The position numbers were made by a program, and so were the translations under genes. A stretch of 64,000 nt of DNA from Lama glama (lineage: Eukaryota): positions 32,550,001 to 32,614,000 of the forward strand of contig CM052824.1 of NCBI GenBank assembly GCA_028534125.1. Direction: 5' to 3'. Position 1 is the first letter of the stretch. Each line of letters opens with the position of its first letter. Of this stretch, positions 54,187-64,000 are shown piece after piece. The notes below the pieces were generated by a model. It was not told where the DNA came from. It did not search any database and saw only the letters and a list, made by a program, of their open reading frames with translations.

Positions 54187-57100
54187 CTGAAGGAGAGAAG
54201 GGAGAGCAAGTTAGCACCAGCCACCCCTGCCTCCTCCTCTCCCCCAGACCTGAGCCCAGGCCTCGCCAGCTCTGCTTACCGAAGGATCTGTTGGCTAAAG
54301 GTGTCCTTCTGCTCGGGGCTGAGGCGGGCAGAGGGAAAACCAGGTGACTGCAGTGCCTCCTTGATCCACACACTCAGGAGGCTGAAGCAGTGTTTGTTCA
54401 GAGCAAACAGGATGTCGGCAAAGCAGTCCATGAGGCTGCGGGAGGCCTGGCCCCCAATGGCCTGAGGGAGATGGGTTCTCAGCACACTAGGGCCTCACCC
54501 CTTCTGCAGCAAGGGTGCCTAGCCACGCCCACCCACCCTTGGACATTTCCTCAGTCAAAGTGCGCATGACAGATGAGTGCTGCTTTTTGAGAGCCAGCTG
54601 ATCCTCAAAGCAACTTAACAGAATCAGAGAGCTTAGGGAACCAAAAGCTCAAGCTTCCCAGGAGGGCAGCTGCCTCAGCAGTGAGGGCCTCCCCCCCACG
54701 TCAAGCCCCACTTGCTCCATCTCACCTCCAGCACTGCTATGAGCAGCATACGGCCATCCTCCTGTACCACCTTTCCCACAGGTTCTACTTCCCCACACCG
54801 AGGCAGCAGCTCTGTCTACAGAGGACGGAGAGGCTCGTCAGCCCCAGCTCTTTCCCCCGTCTCCCTGGAGACAAGACCCTGCACACCACACCTCTACCCT
54901 CTAGAATCCTGGCCAGTGTGGGCCGGGTACAAGGGTGGTGGGGAGTCAGGGGTCAGCATGGAACTCACAAAGAAGCCACAGGAGGCCTTGACAGTAGGTG
55001 CTTCGGGGAACTTGAGGGCCAGCACAGCTGTGGGAAAGGCAGAAGCAGATCAGATGGGGCCCAAGGATCCTCTCGAGGGGGCCCCAGGCCCACCTGCNNN
55101 NNNNNNNNNNNNNNNNNNNNNNNNNNNNNNNNNNNNNNNNNNNNNNNNNNNNNNNNNNNNNNNNNNNNNNNNNNNNNNNNNNNNNNNNNNNNNNNNNNNN
55201 NNNNNNNNNNNNNNNNNNNNNNNNNNNNNCCATCCCCCCACTCACCTGCCACCCAGGCCCCAACTTCACATACCACAAGTAGAGGCTGCCAAAATCAGCC
55301 ACCCAGCCATCTCTGGGGGACCCAGACCACTCCAGAGTTCAGTAGATCAGGAGGGGAGCAGCCAAGGGATGCTACATACATGTACGTGTACATGACCATG
55401 GCACAGGTATACATGGGAGAGACTGGGGGTCATAATGCAGAAAGCTTGGGTCCCAAGTAACCCAGAGAAAACACCTTCCCCCCAACCCTCCATCAGGGCT
55501 AGATCTCCTGCAGGCTCCAGGTTGCCAGCAGTGATTTCACTTTGATTCACAAAGGCCTTTGAGGCCCCTGGATCAGTTAACAGGGCAGCAGGAAGAAAAG
55601 ATGGCAGCTGGATGTGGAGCCGGGTCGAACAGCCCCCCTCCCATGTCCCACCCACACTCCTCAGGCACTCTCCAGCTTAGAAAGAGGAAAAGGAGGGCAG
55701 GAGCCTGGGAGCCATGGCTCCACCTCTCAGGATCCCCTGTGTCCAGGCCCCTCTCATCCATACCCAGCCCAGGAGGCAGGGCTGCCATGTCGGAGGGAGT
55801 ACAAGGGCAGAGAGCCCACCCCAAGTGGTACCAGGACATGACTGGCACATCGTCAGGTCACAGGAGATGCTCTGCGCAGCCCCCGCAGTCATCAAGCACT
55901 GCTGTTCCCCAGCAGCCCCCCAACACATACCACATCAACCCCTAACCGGCCAGCCCCTCACATACCTTCCACTCCCCCAAGTTCATTCATGTGCAAACAG
56001 CCCCACGTGCACCCTCATTTGAAATGTCCTACTTACCCTCAAACATACCTCTACCACATCCCTTATACACACCACTCTCCTACATTTGCAACACACCTTC
56101 GCTTCATGTTCACATCCCAATCCCCCCACATCCCCAGGCATGTCCACACACCCACACCCTCAAGCTACCCAGTTCTCCAGCATACATACTCTCCCAACGC
56201 ACACATTCACAGATACACACTCAAACGCCCTCACCCCAAAGATACACCCTCACAGATACCCACATTGACGTCTATCCAGACCCAGAACACACTCCCCATT
56301 CCCCTGTCCTCCTGCGCCCCACCCGCCACTGGACCATAAGTTCCAAGAGAGTAAAAGCTGTGCCTGTTTTTGCTCAGCATTATATCCTCAGCGCCCAGCA
56401 GACTACCAACCACGTATTACACAGTCAAAAAGTATTTTTGTTTTTGAATGATTAAGCACAGAAATACATCCTCTGCCCAACCCACAGGACTCTCCAAGTC
56501 ATAGGAACTCGCAAACACACAGGACCCTCATCACACTAACCCCACATTCCCACAGCCCAACACATGTATCTTCCAAAACATATAACCCATAATGCAGACA
56601 TACTGCTGCAATATATACGATCTTCATAACACACACTCCCACAGCCCACTATAGACATGCCTCCAATACATATCAACATTCAAAATCCATCAAAGCCTAA
56701 CGCACATCAACGTACAACATGCATCAATGCACGGGGCCACACTCCAACTACACATTTATCCCAACACCCACCACGATACACATGCTACTTAGAGCAGCTA
56801 TGTGATATCCACTCCCTTCCCAAACTGAACTCAAAACATACAACTAAAGTCTAGCACACTTTAACACACACACCAAACATAAACACAACCTAACACTGTC
56901 TCACAATGGAGCTAGCACCCCACCTCCCAGCAGCAGCACAACCTGTCCAACAGCCCAGCTCTTGGCTCCATCACAGCACATTCAGCTCAGCCCCTCCCTC
57001 GGAGCTCCTCCCAGCCTACCTCGGGGAGCAGGCAGGGGACACTGAGGCAGGCAGTTCCCGGCAGGAGCACGGGGACAATAAACCCCAGGCCCTTCAATTC

Positions 57101-60100
57101 CGCTCCAGCCCTTGAACTTCTCAGGCACCCCAGCTGCACAGGAGCTGCTGGGCACAGTTGCCACTCCCTCCCTTGGTGACCCCCCAGGCCAGCCCAGCTC
57201 CCTCCCCTTGGGATAAGCCTCTCCCTGGTCTCTGCAGAAGACTGAGCNNNNNNNNNNNNNNNNNNNNNNNNNNNNNNNNNNNNNNNNNNNNNNNNNNNNN
57301 NNNNNNNNNNNNNNNNNNNNNNNNNNNNNNNNNNNNNNNNNNNNNNNNNNNNNNNNNNNNNNNNNNNNNNNNNNNNNNNNNNNNNNNNNNNNNNNNNNNN
57401 NNNNNNNNNNNNNNNNNNNNNNNNNNNNNNNNNNNNNNNNNNNNNNNNNNNNNNNNNNNNNNNNNNNNNNNNNNNNNNNNNNNNNNNNNNNNNNNNNNNN
57501 NNNNNNNNNNNNNNNNNNNNNNNNNNNNNNNNNNNNNNNNNNNNNNNNNNNNNNNNNNNNNNNNNNNNNNNNNNNNNNNNNNNNNNNNNNNNNNNNNNNN
57601 NNNNNNNNNNNNNNNNNNNNNNNNNNNNNNNNNNNNNNNNNNNNNNNNNNNNNNNNNNNNNNNNNNNNNNNNNNNNNNNNNNNNNNNNNNNNNNNNNNNN
57701 NNNNNNNNNNNNNNNNNNNNNNNNNNNNNNNNNNNNNNNNNNNNNNNNNNNNNNNNNAAGTGATCCTGCGGTGCCCGAGCAATGTGGCTCCCATGTGGCT
57801 GCAGAAACAGCCCCCACACTCTTGCTATGGCCTCTGGCACGCTGGGGTGGCCCTACACTGCTTCCTAGCACATACTGCCCCATCACTAGCCATCAAAGAG
57901 GGGGGCAGGGCTGGTGGGAGGCGATCCTTGGTACCTCCTTTGGAGGCCTGGCTGAAGGCCCTGGAAAGGCCAGGGTATCAGTGTCTGCGCAGGTGTCCCC
58001 TCACTTCCATGGCCTTAGGGCCCTTGGTCTAGCCAAGGAAAGGAATCTCTTGTGTTCTCTTAAATCTTCTTGGGTAGGGCAGTGCCCAGTATGCTATGGG
58101 GATGGCCAGGCAAGCCACTGGCAAGGCCTAGGGGAGGGAATTGCATCATGAGGCCAAAAATGAGAGCCCCACCCAGCAAAACCCCTCCACATGGACACAG
58201 ACTCAGCAGAGAGCCAGGCTCAGGGCTGACGACCAGCTTCCACCATCTGGATGCACGAAGAAAGAAGGAAACCAGTCAGCGTGTCACCCCATGGTGTGGT
58301 GGGAAGGCAAATCCCGAGGAAGGGACAGCAAGACTGGGACAGCATAACAGATAAGGGGGCCATATGTCCTGCAAGACAACCAACAAGCCCAACAAACAGG
58401 ATGTTGGGCACTATTCTGCCTCCAGTTCTGAGGAGTCCTGTGGCAAGGTGTGTGCCTGGAGCTCCTGCCTGGCTGCTCCACTCTCAGGAGGAGGTGCTGC
58501 AGGAACCTGTGCCTGAGACACCACTAAGGAGCTGTGTGATCTTGCGCAAGCCACAAACGCTCAGTTTTCCCGACTGTCAAGCAGATAATAATCTCTCCCC
58601 TGCTTCCTTCCCCCGGCGGTGAGGAGCCATTGATAAAGCCCATTCCTTTCACATCTGTGCCCCAAGTTAGTCAAGTCCTGGAAAGTGAGGCCCAATGTGT
58701 CCTATGCCTGGGCCCCACTGCAGACAGCAGGTCGGAAGTTCAGCAGCCACCCTGCTAGCGAGGAAGAAAGGCTCTGAGGGCAAGGAGCCCTCACTCTCCC
58801 TTCTTCAAAGGCATCTGATACCTATTCTATGCTGGTCTTGTTCTGAGGGACGCAGAGGGAAGAGACCCAAGCCTGCCCTTGAGGGGCTTAGTCTAGGGAG
58901 AGAGACAGACATGGACGCGGCTTACTGAGTGTGACTGGTGCTGTATCAGCAGTGCATGTACGATGCAGTTTCAGCACGGGGTCAGAAGCACCCAGTTCTG
59001 ACTCACAGAAGCTTCTGAGGACTGATGCATGGGAAAGGTGTGGAGAAGTAAAAGTTCACCCAGTAAAGGGCACAGAGTAATCCAGGCAGAGAAGCACAGC
59101 ACAGGGATCAAATGGGACACGGAGAGGGGAAAGTTGGTGTGGCTGAACTGTTGGAGCTGTGGGGATGCTGCCAGGGATGGAGGCTGAGAGGCGTGCCAGA
59201 GCCCCATCGTGTGGGTGGGAGCGGGATGATAACCCGAGGGCGATGGGGAACAACGCAAGGGCCTTAAGCCAGGGAGGGAAAATGCTCAGATATGTGTCTT
59301 ACAAAAAACAGTACAGCCTCAGGGTGCAGAAAAGGAGAAGAGCAGATGTCAGGGAAACCAGTTAGAAGACTGCTGAGGTGATCCAGCTGACACCTTACAC
59401 TGGAGCAGTGGCCGTGGAAGGTAGGGAGAAGTAGGCAGACTGAGGGACCATCAGAACTTGACCCCACCCAGATACCAGGACAAGGAGAGGTGGAGCTGAG
59501 ATGACCACACCTGCATTTCTGGCTCAGGTTTCCCCACCACGCTGAACCTACCCCATGGCCCACTGGATCAGAGGCCAGCATCATGGGACGAGACACTGAG
59601 GACTTAAGCAGAGAGCACTCTAGCTCCAGCTGTGACCCCTGGTGAGCCTCAAACCTGTGACCACAAATCTAGGCAAGATTCATGAGGCTGACAGAGCAAT
59701 GTAGTTTCTCTTCCAAGTGAGAAGCCTGGGTGAGGCAGCAGGGGAAGCCTGGAGCCCCCTCCACCCAACCTCTCTCAGACAGAGGCCACAGTGAACGGGG
59801 GCTGGGACCACAGCCAAAGGCTTTTGGCCTTAAAAGGAGTAAGTCTCAATGCAGGGAAAGGAACCAGCACTTCTGAGTACATTGTGTGAAATAACCCCAA
59901 GCCAGGGGCCTAAAAGACGTTACTTTAGTATCTATCACAATCCCATCAAGTATAGGAAATCTCTATTTCACAGATATGGAAACAAAGGCTCTGAAAAAGT
60001 AAGTGACTTGCCCAAGGTCACACAACTAGTTGGTGGTGATGAGCTTAGAATCTAGGTCTACCTGACTTCAAAGCCCATGCTCTTCCCACTTTTCATTATA

Positions 60101-63100
60101 TCCCAAAGGAAATGGAGCCACCTTGGTGCCCCAAGTCCCTCAGAGCTTCCATCCCCACCTTCCCCCACATCCAAACTGGCCCTGACCCCAGCAGGCCAGT
60201 AGAAGACAGCATTCACTCTCTTGTCCACTTCAACCTAAGGTGTCAACTATTTGTAAGGTGACAACTGTGCTGTGCTTGATCCCGTTAGTTTCCCATCAAG
60301 TCCCAGGTGCAACTTGGGGGAGAGAGGAGAACAGAGTGGGCGGCTTTNNNNNNNNNNNNNNNNNNNNNNNNNNNNNNNNNNNNNNNNNNNNNNNNNNNNN
60401 NNNNNNNNNNNNNNNNNNNNNNNNNNNNNNNNNNNNNNNNNNNNNNNNNNNNNNNNNNNNNNNNNNNNNNNNNNNNNNNNNNNNNNNNNNNNNNNNNNNN
60501 NNNNNNNNNNNNNNNNNNNNNNNNNNNGGAATACTGGTCAGCTGAGGCCCTGGCCCATTAGGACAGGTCAGCATCCCTGGAATGCAGGTGAGGACCCCTG
60601 CCAGAGCAGCCATCCACCTGACTCCACCCACCTACCCAATCCCTGGCCCGATCTCTGACTAGGATCACATCCCAAACACTTCTGCCCCAATCATAAGGCT
60701 CACCTGTCGAGTGAGGTCAAGAGCAGAGGCCTGAGGGATGGTGCTGTACATCCGACCCAGCATCTCACACAGCTGTGGCACCATGGGGGCAAAGTCGTCC
60801 AGCAGCGTCTTAACGGACTTCTCGAAGATAGCGCACACCGCCTGGGAGGAAAGCAAAGGGGCTCTAGAGGGTCAGCGGGTCACCACTGGCTGGAACGGAA
60901 CCAAGGCCCCACACTGCAGAGGCCTAAGGGGCCTTACCACAGGCCTCGCCTGGCTCTACAAACCAGGGAAGGGAAGCACATCTGACCCGCACCCTGGACA
61001 GGAGGAGGCTGAGAGGCACTTCCCAGAGGGACAGAGGATAGAACTTTGTAACTTAGCTCTTGCTGCTTACATCTCCACCACTTCCTCACAGGGAGCAACA
61101 ACAGCAAGAAACTCTTGAATTGAAAAGAACCGAGGCAGGTCTGTGATGCTAAAATCAATCCCTGACTGTCACTCGGCCCCAACATCACTGTCCTTGGGTA
61201 CCAGGAAGTTCTGAATGTCTTCCCCAAAGGTTTGTTTGTATCTATGGGGCAGGATTCATCTCCTTTATTTCCCTCAGATCATCACAAGCTGAGATGGGGC
61301 AGCAACACTTTCCTTCTGCTCCACCTCTGAGCACAGTCACCATGGGGCAGAGGGCAAGGATCGAGGCTTACCTCCACAACCTGGGCATCATTCAGCCATT
61401 TGCTCAGCACCTTCTGGATAAGCTGGAAGACCTGCTGCAGTACCACGACCACCTGAAGACACAGGAAGAAATGAGGTGCCCCCACCTCCACTTTCACCCA
61501 CCTGAGGAGCACTACTTGGCTGCTGAAAGTAGGCCAGGAGTTCAAACCCATTCCCCCAGACTGCAGGTTGAAGACTCAGTGCACGGGACCCTGGGGGAAG
61601 GAGTGCTTTGCTGAACCCCCATGAATGCAAGAAGATATCCAGAATTCTAGTAATCATTTCAGAGAAAGCCTCAAACTGCAAAGTAGAGACATTATGAGTA
61701 CTTCAGAAGATTATTAAAATTTTGTAACCTTTTAAAAGACTCACTCCCTATCCACTTCTGCTCAGCAAAAGGCCTACAGGCTAACTCCTGAAGAAGGAGA
61801 GATGCTGTCTCACCCAGATAATCTTAGGGTAGAGAGCCCCAAGGGATGCACAGATACAGGCAGCTTATAGGGGAGCAGAGAGCAGCCTGAGGTGCTGGGA
61901 GGTGAGGGTGGGCAGGATGATGACTACCTCCGAAGGAGAAGGGCTCCTTGGGAGGACAGTGGCTTCGCTTTGGTCTGGAGCCGAAAGGGTAACTGAAACT
62001 GGGGTCAGGAGTTGAGTAGAGGGGCCAGGGTATTGTGGCTTCCTTTTCTCCAGGGCGTACTTGGAACAATGACCAAAGCAGTCTCTCACATCTGTACAGA
62101 GCTTTACAGTAGGCAGAGTACTTTCAATCAAGACCACACCTGCTATCCAGCACAGTTCTATGAGATGAGTGTCAGATATCCTGATGTTCATAGTTCTGAA
62201 TGGGAGGCTGAGGCTTGCCCCAGATCAAACAGCTTGTAAGTGGTCACTGCAGCCCCCCGTGCCGGAGCTTACCACAGCACTTATCACACTGCTCTGTCAC
62301 AATCTGCTTATGTGTCTTTTCTCTAGACTGGGAACAACCCCAAGACAAGAACTATTACATGTGGAGCATGTAAGCATCCTCAGTGCCCACAGGGGACAGT
62401 GAATGCTGAAGTAGAAGGCCCCACAGAGTTGGGGGTTAAAAAGTGGCCCACATTACATCACTTAGGGGTCGAAGGATAATGTCAGAGTCCCCCATGGAGT
62501 GGAGGAAAACAGGATAATAACATCACCCTAGTTGGGCTGGGGACAATGACAACATCACCCACAGGGCTGATTGAGACAATGACATCACTCTCTACAGAGT
62601 GGGGAGCAATGATACTGTCATTTATGGGGTCAGAGGACCAAATGCATCACGCTCCATGGGGCTAGGGAAACAATGACAATTATTACTCGTAGAGTTGGGG
62701 GGTGACAATGACATTCTCACAGGGCTGGGGGGGGGCAATGGCAATGACAACATCACCCACAGGGTTGGGTCCCTGCGGCACTGGCAGCTTCCGGAGCTCA
62801 GGGCCTTCGTGATCATCCTCATGATGACTGACGTCCAGTGTGGTGAAGAGGTTGGAGAGAAGCCCCAAGATGTGGACAATGGCCAGCTTGTTGGAGGGAT
62901 TAGGCTATGGGGAGAAGTGAACCAAGCTCTGAACCTCCCACCCCCAGCTGGACCCCCTGGCCCCAGCCCTGACTGCCAGCTCCAACCCCACCCCTCAGCA
63001 GCCACAGCCCACACAGAGAAGCCCTAGAGTCCCACTGCTTTCCCCAGCCACACACACACGCACACGCACACCAGCTCACTCACTATCTCCTCTGCCAGCT

Positions 63101-63692
63101 TCTCCAGCTGTTGGATATATGGTGAGATGAGTGAGTGCAGGTTTTTAAGAATCTCCTCCACTTGCAGGGCTGACAGCAGGAAGCCCAGTGCCTGCATCAG
63201 CCACATGCACTGGCTCGTCTGTGGGGCAGAACATGGAGGGTCAGTCCTGGACATATCTGGTTGTGGGTGGGAAGAATGAACCTCTTGGGGAAGGTTCTAA
63301 GAACAGAGAATAAGGGACAAGAGGTGGGGGAACGGCAGAAGATGGGATTTCTATAGACCCCCACAATACCCCAAGAAGCCCCCTAGAAAATTCTTAGCTC
63401 ACCTTATGGATCTGTTTCATCAGGACATCCTGGAGATAAAGAAAAGGAATATGGTATCAGTGCAGTACAGAGTGTGCCCTGAGGTCCAGCTGCACCAGGG
63501 CCCCACATACCTGGGAGACAGCCACAATGTTGGCAGCATAGGGCGGCAGGTCATACTTGCATTCTCGGCAGATCTTCTTGAGGGTGGACACGGAAGAGAT
63601 GGAGAGCTCGGGATTGCCTAGGGCATGCAGTACAAGGGGCAGAACGCTGTTGATCATGACGGGGTGGTCGGCCAGCCATTCAGACAGGGCTC
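54090..63692 (-). CDS. IPO13: IPO13 importin-13, 3' half (gene continues beyond the window; 3 exons in gaps)
   Basis: ALSEWLADHPVMINSVLPLVL ... ERVNKRRVKEMVKEFTLLCRGLHGTDYTADY*. Confidence 0.97.
54280..54461 (-). CDS. IPO13: IPO13 exon (AIGGQASRSL...QQILR)
   Basis: GT-AG, 182 nt. Confidence 0.96.
54726..54815 (-). CDS. IPO13: IPO13 exon (TELLPRCGEVE...IAVLE)
   Basis: GT-AG, 90 nt. Confidence 0.95.
54969..55027 (-). CDS. IPO13: IPO13 exon (VLALKFPEAPTVKASCGFF)
   Basis: GT-AG, 59 nt. Confidence 0.95.
55900..56910. repeat. CA-rich low-complexity tract in an IPO13 intron (GU-rich on the transcript)
   Basis: Strong C/A bias, cacac/catac motifs. Confidence 0.7.
59900..60090. mobile_element. MIR SINE
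   Basis: cacagatatggaaacaaaggctctgaaaaagtaagtgacttgcccaaggtcacacaactag. Confidence 0.75.
60704..60841 (-). CDS. IPO13: IPO13 exon (AVCAIFEKSVK...DLTRQ)
   Basis: GT-AG, 138 nt. Confidence 0.96.
61372..61452 (-). CDS. IPO13: IPO13 exon (VVVVLQQVF...AQVVE)
   Basis: GT-AG, 81 nt. Confidence 0.96.
62440..62770. repeat. Degenerate ~30-35 bp minisatellite (CAATGACAACATCACCCACAGGG-like unit)
   Basis: Recurrent caatgac/catcac/ggggt motifs; 62544-62566 is identical to 62742-62764. Confidence 0.75.
62761..62904 (-). CDS. IPO13: IPO13 exon (PNPSNKLAIVHILG...QGPNP)
   Basis: GT-AG, 144 nt. Confidence 0.95.
63084..63218 (-). CDS. IPO13: IPO13 exon (TSQCMWLMQ...LAEEI)
   Basis: GT-AG, 135 nt. Confidence 0.96.
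63403..63429 (-). CDS. IPO13: IPO13 27-nt micro-exon (DVLMKQIHK)
   Basis: ccag|/|gtgagc. Confidence 0.93.
63511..63692 (-). CDS. IPO13: IPO13 exon (GALSEWLADHP...VAVSQ)
   Basis: GT-AG, 182 nt. Confidence 0.96.
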
Positions 63693-64000
63693 CTGGGGAA
63701 AGAAGGGAGAAGGGAGGACTTCAGAGGCAGGCCAGGCTGGCTTTGTACCACATCCTGGTGAGGCAGGCAGAGCTCCTGGCAGGGTTGAGTTGCAGCCCCA
63801 GTACAGAGCACTGCTCATTCAGAGGATGGAATGGGCAAACACACACTCGCATGCTCAAACATGAGCCTTACAGCTGAGAAGCAGGAAGGAGTTACTCAGG
63901 AGAGGCTCAGCGCTGCTGTTGCATCGACAGTGAACTAGCCTCACTGAAATGCAGCTCAGTACACTGTAGCAAGGACCCTTAGATGTGCCAGGATAGTCAG

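Noticed and set aside
58970-58992. REST/RE1-like TTCAGCACGGGGTCAG (and TCAGCACCCCTGGACA at 35402)
   Set aside because: Half-site spacing deviates from the canonical RE1
60230-60335. Purine tract suggesting an acceptor for a missing IPO13 exon
   Set aside because: Downstream sequence does not translate to importin-13; missing exons fit the gaps better

Overview
Mammalian (eutherian) genomic DNA, GC-rich and gene-dense, syntenic with the known IPO13-DPH2-ATP6V0B-B4GALT2-CCDC24-SLC6A9 cluster. The + strand carries SLC6A9 (glycine transporter GlyT1), including the alternative N-terminal exons for GlyT1a, GlyT1b and a frame-altered GlyT1c-type cassette. The - strand carries five co-oriented genes: the 3' half of IPO13, and complete DPH2 (489 aa), ATP6V0B (205 aa), B4GALT2 (369 aa) and CCDC24 (312 aa). 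All exons listed were delimited by hand from GT-AG boundaries and their reading-frame phases close. One SLC6A9 exon and three IPO13 exons are not visible and probably lie in N gaps. Repeats are ancient (MIR, L2, MER3, hAT MITEs); I saw no Alu, B1/B2 or other young SINE, so the species cannot be named. I found no new multi-gene system. The most interesting items are local: (1) a GlyT1c-type exon with compensating frameshifts; (2) one 9-bp element that can act as poly(A) signal on both strands for convergent SLC6A9 and CCDC24; (3) a minisatellite made of copies of an IPO13 splice donor; (4) uORF stacks on B4GALT2 and GlyT1b; (5) a dead B4GALT2 long-isoform exon; (6) a GATA microsatellite inside a palindrome; (7) a 34-bp minisatellite resembling the L2/MIR 3' end. 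Comparisons with human proteins are from memory and need confirming by alignment.
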